Source: Amoebidium appalachense (taxonomy: Eukaryota; Protista; Ichthyosporea). Taken from it: DNA of 64,000 nucleotides. The notes under the pieces were generated by a model. The model worked only from the letters and a program-made list of their open reading frames with translations, was not told where the DNA came from and did not search any database. Positions 45,028-63,900 of the stretch are shown here, piece by piece. Numbering within the stretch: position 1 is the stretch's first letter; every line of letters begins with the position of its first letter. Where the stretch lies: the NCBI GenBank assembly GCA_963693365.1, contig CAVNZM010000003.1:13858914-13922913 (forward strand), read 5' to 3'. A program made the translations under genes and the position numbers.

Positions 45028-45414
45028 TGTGTTGGGACACACAACGGTTTCGTATGCAGGTGTGTGTTTTTGTGTGTGTGCATGCACGCACGTGCAAGAG
45101 CCTTTTTTCGCTGGTTCTGTTCTATATGGTCTTTTGCCCAGACACAGCGAATGGTGAATTAAACTGCTCTGCACACGCGAACACACCACTGTGATGCACA
45201 CGGCATACACATGTGCCTGCACACACCCACAAATACATGCACAAGCATACACATTATATGCATGGGAACCCGCACTCACACAAAAAGACCCGCCAAAAAT
45301 ATTTATATATATGCATAACAACACGTACAATCAATTGTATCTCTAGGGTCTACTGGTACTTTGCTGCACACGAGAATTCTCGTGAACTTGATCAAAAGGG
45401 CGCCCGGAGTTTGG

Positions 45415-45449
<35 letters not shown>

Positions 45450-46661
45450 CGGGGACGAGGGAGAGAGAAAGGGGGAGAGAGAGACACGGGGCGTGGGAGG
45501 AGAGAGAGAGAGGGAGAGGGAGAGATCCTGATGATCAAAAGAGATCTCGAAAAAGAAATACTCATTCTCTTTTATTTTTTCATACAGAGAACGGTCGAAA
45601 ACATAATCGGTCTCTGGATTCTCTACTCTCTCCGCTGGACCCCGGTCGCCATAATCTACACCCGCCTCTTTCACATTTACGTGGGATATCCATCACTTTT
45701 TCGGTGTAGATGGGTCCCCCCAATGAAAAGGTTAAGAGCCTCGGAGAGAGGGTTAAAGTGGATGTTTACGGCGCTTTTCATCTGCTACATTCCGTTTTAC
45801 GTTGGAATGGTCGTCGAGTTGGTGGCTACCCTCCGGTTCGGATACGTTCCCGGGTCGATCCCGATCCGAATTTTGGACGGGTATAGGTTGACGTTGGAGT
45901 ACACGCTTATGATTCTGTCGCTGACAATGATGGTGGTATTTTACGTCAAGCGGCGCGGATTGCAGAAATTTGATCTCGATCACTCCAACGTTCTCCTCAT
46001 GTTTTTCGTCACCTTTGTCGTGTTTAGCGTCGGCTACACTGTCGTATACCGCGTCCCGGCGCTCGCCAATTCCTGGAAAGCGCACCTGTGTCTTTTCGTT
46101 CCACATACATTTGTTCAGTTTACAATGATGTTCATATGGGTGATCATATTCAAAATTTCGCTCCGATCAAGCAAGCGATCTTCGGAGATCATGTCGAATT
46201 CCGGCGTACCGAGGCCGAGCCACTTCTACAATGCATGCCGCACTCCGGAACCGACCATTCCTTCTATGATCGGGAATGAGAGTATTAGTGGAAACGAAAA
46301 CCTTTCTACCCACGAGGATACAATTCTTTCTAATCGCCACACGGTGACGGTAAATTTCCACGATTGCGATCGTAAATCGACGAGCCATATCGTTGGCACC
46401 ACGAAATGGAGAAGCCCAAACGGCCGGCTCGAAAATTTACCGGAAATGTTGGGGGAGGAGAGGAGGGGGGGCTCGAACGATAATACGGACGATCAAATGT
46501 CAGAGATGATACATATATCTCCGGTGTATATCATGTCTGAATCGGGACCTACAACGAAGGACAAGCAAAAAGACACGTTAGATGTATCGCATACCATTGC
46601 AATCGAGCTTTCTACTACTATGGGTGAAGATAGCAACAGGGGAAAAAAGGTTAGTCAATGA
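44225..46661 (+). CDS. Orphan seven-transmembrane, GPCR-like membrane protein (~455 aa, 2 exons)
   Basis: join(44225..44518, 45588..46661) with a phase-0 GT..AG intron. Short N-terminus with NST and NSS sequons, seven hydrophobic segments (LMSIFLW.., VVFSLLPF.., IIGLWIL.., WMFTALF.., YTLMILS.., VLLMFFV.., LCLFVPH..) and a long Ser/Thr-rich tail. Confidence 0.75.
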
Positions 46662-48050
46662 ATTTTTAAAGACGCACGCAATAGGTAAAACTTAAACCAG
46701 CGTATAATTTTTGGTGGCTACCTTACTCATTAATTATGTAGATATTTTTCGGCTTATGTGGATGTGCATCACGTAAACCAGGCCTAGGTGATAAAATTTG
46801 TAACGTTTAGCTTTAATCTAGTGTACCGTCATACAGTACGACATGTGCATATGTTTTGGGCGCTTGAATATTGAGTACATATACGATGGGGAGAAATTTA
46901 CGTCTCTCATAAATAATAATTATCCCGCGTTAGAATTGGATATGTATCCAGTTGGCGTACAATGCGGAATGTCGACGTCTACACAATTACACACATGAGT
47001 GCACAACACAGCCACCGTGGCACACAAAAACACGAAGTGCCGCAGTGTCACGTGTTCTGTACGTACATACATGCCGGGCCTACACATACACAGACACACG
47101 CACATGTACACACACATACACCTGGCACACACACACACATACACATTGTGTGCACACAGGCATGCGCACGTGTATAATGTCATATGCACCACTGCCATGT
47201 GCACACACACACACACGCGCGCGCGCGCGCGCGCTCACACGTGCACAGGTGACCTTGTATAGCAGTTAGCATTCTTCTGGGATATGTGCGTCTGATAATG
47301 GGCTTAAAAATTTTGCTTGGAAAAGTGCGTTTATGATGTTGGCATTGCCTTAATCAGATGAAATTTCACGGCCTGCTTGCGCATGCGCGTGCACAGCCTC
47401 TGGTTTTTGAGTCCGAGTTCTTTGGTCTGTCATGATCATCTTTACCTTGTGCAGAAGCAACCATTTTTGCACACTCCCCTTGCGGCTGCATCTTTGAATT
47501 CGGATGTGTCCGTGCCCGTGCAGCCGGTAGCCAACATCAGTGTGAAAAAGGGTGGACTTAAAGAGACTCTGGCCAATTTGCCCAGCCAATTGTCATGTTT
47601 ACCAATGGAAACGCACCATTAGAATACACATAGATACAGATCATGCACATCTAATGCCGTAATGCCTTTTATCCAATGAGATTGCGTCTCTTAATCGATG
47701 AGATCTGGCAGCTATTTTTCAGTCAAGAAAAAAAAAAAATTTACGTCAGCGACTCAATCATCCCAACAAAGCAAAAAACTTCGTATTGGACAAAAAAAAC
47801 AACAAAAAAGGTGAACAAAGAACCTATCTTCGTAGTTCTAGTGTCAGTGTAGGCTGTAAGCTTTATAACCGAGTTCCTCTCTTGGTTTTGAATATAATAT
47901 AGTTATCTGCAGGAGGACAACTAAGTAGCACACGAATCTGCTTTACACGGATCTTTTTTCTTGGATCTGTTTAATTTCGTTCGTCAGTCAGCGTGATCAA
48001 TTGCTGTTGTCTTTCTTTGTGGGTTGTGTGCTTCAACACGTTACGTGAAC

Positions 48051-53505
<5,455 letters not shown>

Positions 53506-53534
53506 TCTTTCAAGTGTTGCATGTGTGTGTGTGT

Positions 53535-53643
<109 letters not shown>

Positions 53644-53789
53644 CGTGCGTCCGTTTGTGGCCATGTGTGGGTGTATGCATATGTTCGCGTGTTCCTGTGT
53701 GTGTGTGGGGGGGGGGGGGGGGAGGGGGGATATTTGGGGATAGTATGCGTGTCTTTGTTCCAGTGCCCGGGGGGGAGGGGGTGAGAGGG

Positions 53790-53831
<42 letters not shown>

Positions 53832-54202
53832 TTATAGAAGTGCACTTAGTGTGTTAGTTGTTGATACCGAGTTGATGTGAAAGGTGTTTTTCTTATCTTA
53901 CCTTTCTCATGTCTCAGTCGCAAACGGGTGAGACAAAAGTTGCGCGAGAGAAAACATTTACTGTTGATGCTGTGGATTAGTATTGAAAGAAGAAACGATG
54001 TCATATATACAGAGATTTTCCGCTGTGTGGTGCACTGACTCATAAATCTTTGACCGGAATTTGTGTGTGTCCTTTGGAGAACCGGATTTACCTGTGTAAA
54101 AAACCCGGAATTAGCATGCTTCCACTCATGCCGCTTCCTCCTAACTCCGTGCAAATGCCTGGTACTACCAGATCATATTCGCTACTTGTGTGATCGCTAT
54201 AT

Positions 54203-54245
<43 letters not shown>

Positions 54246-54246
54246 C

Positions 54247-54335
54247 CCGAATCTCTCCCCCACTCAGCCACCACACGAGTCCACCCCCCCCCCCCCCCCC
54301 CCCCCCCCGAATCCTCTCACCACTCAGCCACCACA

Positions 54336-54341
<6 letters not shown>
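54247..54341 (+). repeat. 35-bp unit duplicated between poly(C) runs
   Basis: CCGAATCTCTCCCCCACTCAGCCACCACACGAGTC and CCGAATCCTCTCACCACTCAGCCACCACACGAGTC. Confidence 0.8.
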
Positions 54342-54369
<28 letters not shown>

Positions 54370-55026
54370 GCTCCCACCCACTCACCCACCCACCCTTTCT
54401 CCACTAGGGGTAAGCCGCGTAGCCATTATTGTGTGCATGTGCTATTTATATGTTTGTGTTAGTCACAAAAAAAAAGAAACAAAGTTAAATAACATAGAGG
54501 CGAATATTCATATGCAACACGTGCACGTTCCCCCTCTACCCCCCCCCTCCCCCCACCCACCCACTAACCGCTCCCCCCCCCCCCCCCGCCCTCCCTCCCC
54601 CCCCCCCCCCCCCCCCCCCACCGCTCCTTCGAGGCCCTCCCCCTTCACCCACCCACCTGCCCGCCCACCACCACAAAGCTTTACGTGGCAATTGGATGTG
54701 CAAGAGCCACTACACAGCACTTTGCAGTAATTTTTGATTCTTGTTGCTTATTGTTTGCCCCTAAGAACTGATTTTCATTTCGAAAAACACGGTTTTTCTA
54801 TCATTTTGTTAAGGTCACGTAATATACCAGGCCTGCCTTGCTAACTCAGCGAGAGGTCAATCGAGAAGCTTGCGCCTGTGCGTGTAGGTGCTTGTTCTAC
54901 ATATACATATACAATTATACATGTACAAGGGAAGATATTCTTAATTAAATATGCCCGGCCAGAGTCTCCGGAGCCACACATGGAGCAGGCCGGCGCCATA
55001 TGTAACCATAGTCACACGTTGCATTA

Positions 55027-55258
55027 GGGGAACCCAACTCAATGATTCTTCTTCTTAGATTATATGGCGTTTCATAGCTATAGAGTAAGAAAACCCTAAT
55101 ATATTTAGTAATATAGTACCACTGTCATCTATGATGTACCTGATATCGTGACGCTGGGGAGATATACCCGGCGACAAATATTATATAACCCCCCCATACC
55201 TGAGACTGGTACGTACCTCGCGCGCTCGAGTAACTTTGGCAGCGTAATTTAAACCCCT
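55027..55258 (+). repeat. Diverged dispersed repeat, copy 2 (partner at 42582-42780)
   Basis: Shares the colinear blocks listed for 42582-42780. Confidence 0.65.
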
Positions 55259-55804
55259 AATTTATTTTGAACTATCTTTGGCTAATACACACGTACATGT
55301 GCACGATCATGCAATCATCCGCTCCCTCCCCCCCCTCCCCCTCCTCCCCCCAGACCCCCCCCCCGGGGACCGCGAGGCACCATATTCCATGTGACCGTTT
55401 GTTCCAGCTTAGCCTAAGCCACCCGCAGCCCTTCCGAACTCCATAATCCCGACAATTAACAGTTACAGTTACTAATGTAAGACCACCCCATGCCCATATA
55501 TGGAAACACCAAGAGTAACGCTTGATCATCATTGGCTGACCGTCATGCACCCCCGACCACACCAGACTCACTCATTGGCTAAAACAGTGTTAACGAGGGT
55601 GAATTGCCTAAACATAGTGAAAAAGGCTTCAAAGTTTATGTGGGTGAGGAGAAAGCACTGTATTGGTGGTTCCCTAAGTGGAACGTGTGCGTGTGGAGGA
55701 GGGAGAAGGCAGCTCCGGAGGGGGGAGGATTTGGGGGGGTGGGGGAGGGGGGGGGAGGTCACGGGGCGGGGGGGAGAGGGGGGAGGGCGGGGGGGGGAGG
55801 GGGG

Positions 55805-56276
55805 TTTGAATGCGGAACACGGTACGAAGTACGCATACACGAAGGACACGTGCAAAGGCAAACATTCAAGTATGCAACATCAGCCATACGCACAGTATGC
55901 GTCATAAGCAGAACCCATCCTCAGGGAGGGCCCAAGTCATCAATTGCGTCTGAGCTTCGACCCCTTAGCCCACGTATATACGACTTTCCAACTCAGACAA
56001 CAGCATCAACTGAACTTGGGAGGGTCAACCCGTCTCGATCAAAGACGAGCAGGGTTGCTTATGCAAGCAAGGTGAGCAAAACGGTGAATATGTGTGTGCA
56101 AACTAATGCAGTGCAGCGGAAAATGCGTATGTGCTTACAGATGCACGACACAGAGCAACCATGCCCGGTTGCATGGAAGTAAAGCGGTCTCCACACAGTG
56201 GTCTGTCCTGAAAGGACACCTCTGAAAGAAGACTGGGGGGGTTTGAATGCGGAACACGGTACGAAGTACGCATACA

Positions 56277-56277
<1 letters not shown>
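55805..56277 (-). mobile_element. Longest subfamily A copy (55805-56234) preceded by a second copy of its own 3' tip (56242-56277): partial-tandem, pseudo-LTR-like arrangement
   Basis: Minus strand reads polyC-GTGTATGCGTACTTCGTACCGTGTTCCGCATTCAAA-C7-AGTCTTCTTTCAGAGG..~430 bp..CCGCATTCAAA-CCCC. Confidence 0.88.
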
Positions 56278-56327
<50 letters not shown>

Positions 56328-56506
56328 GGGGGGGGTGGAGGAGGGAGGGGCGGGTAGAAAACGTTGCCTGCATATCTCGACAAACATCACAATGCCACAC
56401 ACAAGAGTACAAATGATAAGTGTGTGGTGGTAGTGGTAGTAGTGGTGATGGGCGGGCCGGGGTGGGTGTGGGTGGGCAGGTGCGTGGGTGGGTGGGTTGG
56501 TTTTTG

Positions 56507-56593
<87 letters not shown>

Positions 56594-56910
56594 GGGGGAT
56601 CCGGAGGGGGAGGACTCGGGGGAGAGGAGGTGGTGAGGGGGGAGGGGGAAGGGGAGGGGAAGGCATGTGGGTATTAATATTTAAACCAAACGACACTCGA
56701 GCTCAGCCGTACCAGGCACAAAAAACATATGTAGAAACGAAAGAATAGCTAGTTGTTCACCTTAATCTGAACCCTTAAGCAGGCAGATCTGGAGAGGTGT
56801 ATGATGTGTGTGTGTTTATGTGTGCATATTCATAAGGTGGTGGTGGTGGTGGTTTTTTGGGGGGAGGGGAGGGGGGGGGAGGGGGGGGGGGGGGGGGGGT
56901 GGTTGAGGGG

Positions 56911-57130
56911 TTGAATGCGTCATAATGTACGAAGTACACATAAACAACGGACAGCACGATGCAGAGTGCAAACTCCACACATATAGAGTAATAATAAGTA
57001 GAGCCCATCCTCAGGGAGCGGAGGAGCCGCGTCATCCACAATACCCGAGTTTCGACCCATTCACCTCGAGCTCATCAACGAACCCCAACTCAGATACTGT
57101 TTCACTTGAACATGGTTGGGTCACCCGTCT
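56911..57130 (-). mobile_element. Subfamily B copy with structured core
   Basis: Minus strand reads AGACGGGTGACCCAACCATGTTCAAGTGAAACAGTATCTGAGTTGGGGTTCGTTGATGAGCTCGAGGTGAATGGGTCGAAACTCGGGTATTGTGGATGAC..CCCTGAGGATGGGCTCT..GACGCATTCAA-CCCC. Confidence 0.85.
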
Positions 57131-57196
57131 TTTTTTTTTTGGGGGGAGGGGGGGGGGGGGGGAGGGGGACGGGGGAAGGTGGAAGGAAGGAGCGGT

Positions 57197-57227
<31 letters not shown>

Positions 57228-57904
57228 GGGGGGGGGCATTTTCGAATAATTGGCCCTTCGAAAGTTGACCAGAGACCTTGTGGCCCAAGCTTAGTAGAAT
57301 TTTAATTTTATTCATTAACAACTTAACAATACACGGTTGTCTTTTTATTTTTCTTAAAAATGTTCATTCGGTAGAAGTTTGAGGGCGGGTGCTACAGTCC
57401 CCTCATTCAGTGAAGGTTTCTTTCCTTATAAGGCAAGACTTCCCTTAACAACATTACCATATATGTACATTTATGTATCCACAAAAACAAGGGCTTGGTT
57501 GTTGGAAAGGACCAAACACTTTTCGAAAACATCCGCATGTGCCTGAGTGTGCCTAACATATCATGCGCAGTAGGTTGCAAAAGTCATTATGTGCGTGAAG
57601 TACAAGAGCACCTCCTACTACCACCTAAAATTCTAAAATCACCCTCCTAACAAGATAGGCCTAGAGAAGGAGTAGAGCAACCTATTTCAAAGTACCCCAC
57701 GCACATACAGTTTTCAACAATATAACAGTGTCCCGTGACGAAGCATTGTCAAACTATACAGAAGAAAGTACAAATCATTTCTAAAATTGTACCCACATTC
57801 CTCCTATCCATGATTTCTATTAAAGAACACACGATGTTAGCAACCCTCGCCAAGGATAATTTTCTACAAAATCATTGTGAGATAACATTAAACACATTCG
57901 TGGT

Positions 57905-58864
57905 TTAAGACATGTGTGATTTTTCTGAGGGGGAACACAACCTCTCTGTCGAAACATTCAATCTGTGCAAGTGGTGGCGGCAACGATTCGTTGCGTGCCA
58001 TTGGAGCATGGCATCACTGATCGCCAACGTCGACAGAGTGATGCTGTCGTCCCTCGTCAGCTTGCAGTATGCATTCACATAATTCTGCATCCATGGTTTC
58101 CCATTCTCACTACTGTTTGCAAGATACTTTGCGGCCCTGTGCCTCCTTGCACCCACCCCCAACGGCAACTCACGTTCTGCGCTAACGCAGTTACATGTTC
58201 GATCGGGGACCGCTCTTCGCACACAAGGGCACGCACACGCACCACAACAGCAGCATTCCTGTTGTTCTCGTTTACGCACAGAAAACACAGGTTCGGAGTG
58301 TCGTCGACGGCCGGCAAAAAAACGGGCGGCATACTCAACACTTAGTGGGCTCAAGGGGTGACAATCTTTGTCCTTTTTCTCACAATCCATGTTGCAGGCG
58401 GGCAGTGAATCCATTCTGCTGGCTTTCAATTCTTGCCGCTCGGTTTTCTCCTGGCGCAGGCGTTGCGAAAGGGGGGTGAGCGTGGCGCGGTATCCCAAAA
58501 TAGCGCTGTAGTGCCGCCTATTTTCTTGTCGTTTTTGGTCATCATGGGGTACCTCATGCACTTCATTTTCCTCACATGGAATGCCAATGTCTTCTATGTT
58601 GTTTTTTGGAACATCTGACGGGCATCCTGAAGAGCAACGCTTGCGCAAGCGCGCTAAATGAGCAGTCTTGAGTTCGGTTACTGAAGAACTCTCATCGTTT
58701 TTGCTCTCTATACTTGCTTGTGATGGTGCTATGAGCGATAAACTAGAATCCCCATTGAAAGACTTTTGCACGGGGGTTTCCTGGCTTTGGTCGCTGTTAT
58801 GGCGACGCTCCCTACTTCCCAGCCAACGGGGGATACATGCTATGCTTGCTATAGTGGTAGCCAT
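57905..58864 (-). CDS. Single-exon hypothetical protein (319 aa), probably largely disordered
   Basis: 960-nt ORF in microsatellite-free sequence with GAAATGG start context. Contains RRHS/RRHN motifs and a Cys cluster ECCCCGACACPC. No family recognised. Confidence 0.5.
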   Translation of the reverse strand: MATTIASIACIPRWLGSRERRHNSDQSQETPVQKSFNGDSSLSLIAPSQASIESKNDESSSVTELKTAHLARLRKRCSSGCPSDVPKNNIEDIGIPCEENEVHEVPHDDQKRQENRRHYSAILGYRATLTPLSQRLRQEKTERQELKASRMDSLPACNMDCEKKDKDCHPLSPLSVEYAARFFAGRRRHSEPVFSVRKREQQECCCCGACACPCVRRAVPDRTCNCVSAERELPLGVGARRHRAAKYLANSSENGKPWMQNYVNAYCKLTRDDSITLSTLAISDAMLQWHATNRCRHHLHRLNVSTERLCSPSEKSHMS

Positions 58865-61640
58865 TTCGAAGAAAACATTATGTCATGGGTGGTAACAGTA
58901 CAAAGTTAATAATATCAGTGTTGTTTGCAAAAAGTACCTTCCCGGAGAAAGGATGCAAAACAAGTTTCAGTACGTACGTGTGCGCATATTTATGAAGTGA
59001 AGGTGGTCATAAAACTAGCTTATTGCTATTCTTCAAACGCTATTCTCAATTTCGTACCGCGTAAACGCCGCAAGCGTCGAACTCGAACGGACCTTAGGGT
59101 AACACACTGGGCCACACACAAAGAGTATTTTGGAACATGCGCTTTGTAATTTGGCCATTGCCCACCATGAAGGCCAACTAGATTTCCCTTGATATTGTCG
59201 TTCGCTGCTATAACTTCGATAGAATCATTCCCAGCCTCAGGAGGCTGGGCCCTCTGGAGATGGAGAGGGTTTGGGAGAGGAGGGACTAAGCTGTTTCCGC
59301 AAAGATCGGACTACCAATCAGGTTACAGAAGTCATAGCGCGATCTAATCAGGTTGCCAGTGCTATAGAGCGGCGCTCCATCACAGCTTCTGGTCCAATCA
59401 GGCCCTGGACCGTATTGAACATGCGCTCGAGCAAGCTGTTCCATAATCAAAATTCGAGCCCTCCGGCGGCGGGCACGCCCAGCCAGCCTCAGTCAGTACA
59501 CGCGTGACTGCTCGGGCCGGTTGCTCGGAATCAGTACACGACACGTGACGCTCGCGGGCTGATAGCAACCGAAGATACCAGATGCGTCTGGCTCACACTG
59601 CATCCAGCGAAGCGAGCCGGCCCGCAACCAGGGGCGAGCGAAAGCGAGCCCTGGCGGCGAGCCTGGCCGACCGAGGCTGGGCGATAGCGATTTGGCGTAG
59701 CCATTGAGCTCATTTATTTTAAATGCTAAAATGCGATCTGAATCAAGAGGTTCTCATTTGATTTCGTCCGTATTCGATATAGTAAAATACACTATAAAGG
59801 TAGGATATTATCGAGAGGAATAGCGGGACCTGCCGAATCAAACGGACGGTTTACACACAATTTATTGGTGAGCGGCGCGTGGGTGTAGGGAGATTAGTTT
59901 CACTGAGTGAGTGCAAGCCACATTAACTTTTACTTTACAAAGTTAACACCAAGTTGTATTCAATCGATTCAGAGCATATATTTGCTCTACTCCTTAAAAT
60001 CATATCAAAATGTTTATATGCTTATTGATATGTCATACATTCACCCACCCATTTCGTGTATCACCATGTAAAATCTATTTGAAAACTTCTAAAAACCAAC
60101 CTGAACTTGAATGCTCGGAACGCGGACTTTTTATTAAATATATACGAATCACCGGTAGTATACTGTATTCTCTGGGCGAAACAAAAAACAGCCAGAAATA
60201 GTTTCTCCAAGTTTTCCGCCCGGCCAACGCACAAAGGCCTTGTAAGTTGTGCCGCGGATGCGCGTCTAAAAAGCGGAAAGGTAAGGTGTAGGGTGAGCTT
60301 ACAATAGAAGCAGGTGTCAGGGTGACTCAGGGACTCAGGGCTATATCACCGGCCAATCAGATCCCGAAGCTTTTTGGATTGGCGCCACAGATCGCACAGT
60401 CATCTGCAGCGCACGCACGGAACTTTTGGAAGAAAAGGCATAAAATACGCTTTTCTTTAGCTCAGAAATGGTCTATCAGAGGGCTCTTTTATAAGCGAAA
60501 ATGATCAAAAACTCCCCGTTCAGAGGCTTAAATATTTAGAATGGGCATGTGAAATGAATTTAAGTGTACATTATTAGTGTCATAAACAGTGCTGTCAGCC
60601 TGTCAGGAGATAAGCGGAGAGCCAGGTTTGCGTCCCCCTAGTTATCAATCTCGAACGGGGCTTTATAATTTGGAAACTCTTATTCTCAGCTTTATTCTTG
60701 AACTGATGTCCATTGCCCAAACACAAAAAATATAAAATGTTTTGTCAGCCAAACTGGCAGTTCAAACTGCAATACATTAGCTCACTGAACTTTAAACCAA
60801 AATAAGGGGGTTTCAGGTGCAATGTACGACCTGATTAGATCATGCATACATGAAGCCAGCTATGTTTTGTAGCTATTAATATTGTTCGCAGGCGCTATAT
60901 ATAGCTAGCTTGACCTAGGGGTATGCATATATATGGTACATATTATGTGCCAATTGAAAAATGTGTTTACTTAAAGATATTGCGCTGTTTATCATAGCTG
61001 CTATTCATGTTAGGCTCTATAATGGCACCAACTTGGTGCAATACCGCGTGTACGGGTATAGATAGCATGGGACACAGTCAAAAGAAAAAATATTTCCGGG
61101 ATAAACTGAATAGAGGCATCTGCAGGGGGGTTTCAATAGCCCAAGCTTCCACAAGGTTCCGCGGCCCGTGATCCCGCGCGGCCACGTGATTCAGATTAAT
61201 ATGATACTGCATGATGTTATTTCTTATTTCTTGGTTCCGTTTTTTTTATAAATGATTGTTTTAGTTAAACTATTAGGCTATGTATTGGAAAGGCTGTGTG
61301 TTGGGGTTGAATATATTAGCCTATATGAGTCAAAAAAAGGAAAAACAGAAGAATTCTCGTTCCAAAAAGAGCAGCCTCGTGGCACCATGGCCAGTGCTTT
61401 TATCTACGGCAGCGGTCATAGCACGGCCGCTGTGTTCCGAGCGCCGTGGGTGGTAATGCCCCGAATCCATTTATTCCCATGGCATGCGCACTGCACACGC
61501 CCAAAAACCAAAAAAAGAAGTAGGACTCGTATGTATGTTGAATGTCTGTAGGTAGTACTTCACCCGGATTAGCATAAGTTATCATATCCAATAGTTCCCC
61601 CGGGCGGGCGGGCGGGCGGGCGGGCGGGCGGGCGGGCGGG

Positions 61641-61691
<51 letters not shown>

Positions 61692-61811
61692 CTTTTTTTT
61701 GTGTGTGTGCGTGTGTGCGTGCGTGTGTGTGTGTGTGCATGTGTTGAGAGACTCTGAGAGAGAGAGAGGGGGGGGGGGGGGAGAGAGAGAGAGAGAGAAA
61801 GAGAAAGAGGA

Positions 61812-61842
<31 letters not shown>

Positions 61843-61885
61843 TGTGTGTGTGTGTGTGTGTCTGAGAGTGAGTGAGTGAGTGAGA

Positions 61886-62036
<151 letters not shown>

Positions 62037-62101
62037 GTGTGTGTTGGGGGAACTTCTGGGGGGGAGGGGGGGGGGGGGGGGGGGGGGGGCATGTGTGTGT
62101 G

Positions 62102-62405
62102 TTCTGCAAAAAGCAGATTTATTCTGCTGAGAATTATTCTGCAAAACTAGAATAATTCTCCTAAAAGGAGAATTATTGTGCTAGGAGCAGAACTATCTTG
62201 CTATCGAAAGCAGAATCATTCTCTGCTTTTTGCGGAATAATTCTGCTAAAAGCAGAATAATTTTACTCAAAGCAGAGTGATTCTGCTTTTGCAGAATGAT
62301 TCTGCTAAAAGCAGAATAATTCTGCAAAAAGTAGAGTGATTCTGCTTTTGCAGAATAATTCCGCCTTTCCCGATAATTCCGCTTTTGCAAGATCATTCTA
62401 CTTTT
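62102..62405. repeat. Minisatellite of ~20-bp palindromic units GCAGAATNATTCTGC plus A/T spacer (~15 copies)
   Basis: For example GCAGAATAATTCTGC-AAAAA-GTAGAGTGATTCTGC-TTTT-GCAGAATAATTCCGC. Confidence 0.85.
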
Positions 62406-62498
62406 CCAAGTTAGCTCGGGGCCAATGTGGTTGGGCCCTAAGAGAAAAAAAAAAAAAGAGAGAGAGAAAAAGAAGGGGGAAAGGGGGGGGGGGGGGGG

Positions 62499-62712
<214 letters not shown>

Positions 62713-62945
62713 CTCGGACCGAGGGAAGACCCGAAGAAGAATGATGAGCAGCCCGTAGTGTCCGTGTCCCAAACGGTGTCGCTGACAGCACAACGGTTGT
62801 TTGTGTGCATGTACACGTGCATGTACCCACACGATGGTGGGACAGCTATTAGCGATACTTAGACTAACCTAAAGTGACCATTAGAGTTTTTCCTAAAGGT
62901 TTTTTTTTTTTTTTTTTTTTTTTGGTTGGGTTGGGTTGGGGGGCG

Positions 62946-63010
<65 letters not shown>

Positions 63011-63851
63011 AATGGTGGTAGGGTGGTGGTGGTTGCAGCGCGGGATCCGGGAGGGGAGTGGAAGGGGGCTCTTTAAGTGCCGGGGGGGAAGAGGGGGGGG
63101 GGGGGGGAGGGGGGAGAATACAAGGCCGAGTGTTTAGATGGGGGAGGTAGGGGGGGGGAGGGGGGAGGGGGGGGGGGGGGGGGAGGGGGAGGGGGCAGGG
63201 GCTGGGAAGCTTAATTAAGGACGGGTCGGGCAGAAATCGAAATTGTGATCACTGTCTGACTGTGTCTGCACTTTGCTGCGTGACGTCAACATTATGACGT
63301 CAGCCTTCTGCCCTGTAATATGGGCCCGGGTGCAGCAATCCTTTTTTCAAATTTGCGCAGTTGCCATAAAGAGATTATCATAGAGAAACACCGAAGCAGG
63401 TAGTTAAGCAAAACAGTTAAGCACACAAATAAGGACAAGTAGACGTGCTTGTTAATTGCATTTAAATTGTGGGCCACTTTGTAAGTATTGTACGTGTGAT
63501 ATTTTGAGCCTATAGACTCAAATCTAATCGGTACTGGGACGTAGGCGGCGTGGTGTAAAATGACCACTGATATCCTCGGATTAGCTTTTGCCTGTATCCG
63601 ATTTACAGAGTTTTTTCCTTTTTCAAAAAAATTGTTTCTGTGCCATGTACGGAGATTATACAGAGAAATATTTTGCCTACTTCATCAGTTTTAAGGCCTA
63701 GGATAAAATCTACTGTTGGCACCCCGCCAGACTGCTGGAATCAATCTGAGTAGTAGTGACGTCACGGCCAGTTCAATACCAAATATGGTAATGATGGTTT
63801 TGACGCCTCCCTGCAACCTGAGTTCTCCCGAGATCTCTGTAAATGAATTAT

Positions 63852-63900
<49 letters not shown>

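Noticed and set aside
45347-45381. Extra internal exon of the 7TM gene
   Set aside because: Its phase is incompatible with the flanking exons, and the direct 44518-45588 join is in frame and gives a sensible loop.
55272-55690. Minus-strand peptide KRYSWCFHIWAWGG..YG..GCGW, reminiscent of cAMP-receptor-like GPCR TM4
   Set aside because: The resemblance is short and neighbouring frames do not yield further TM helices or consistent splice sites.
59230-59249. GC-rich hairpin CCCAGCCTC-AG-GAGGCTGGG as a Helitron 3' end or terminator
   Set aside because: No correctly placed CTRR terminus and no second copy in the window.
62102-62405. CRISPR-like array
   Set aside because: Palindromic units are separated by 4-5-nt A/T linkers rather than unique spacers. 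The context is eukaryotic and there are no cas genes.
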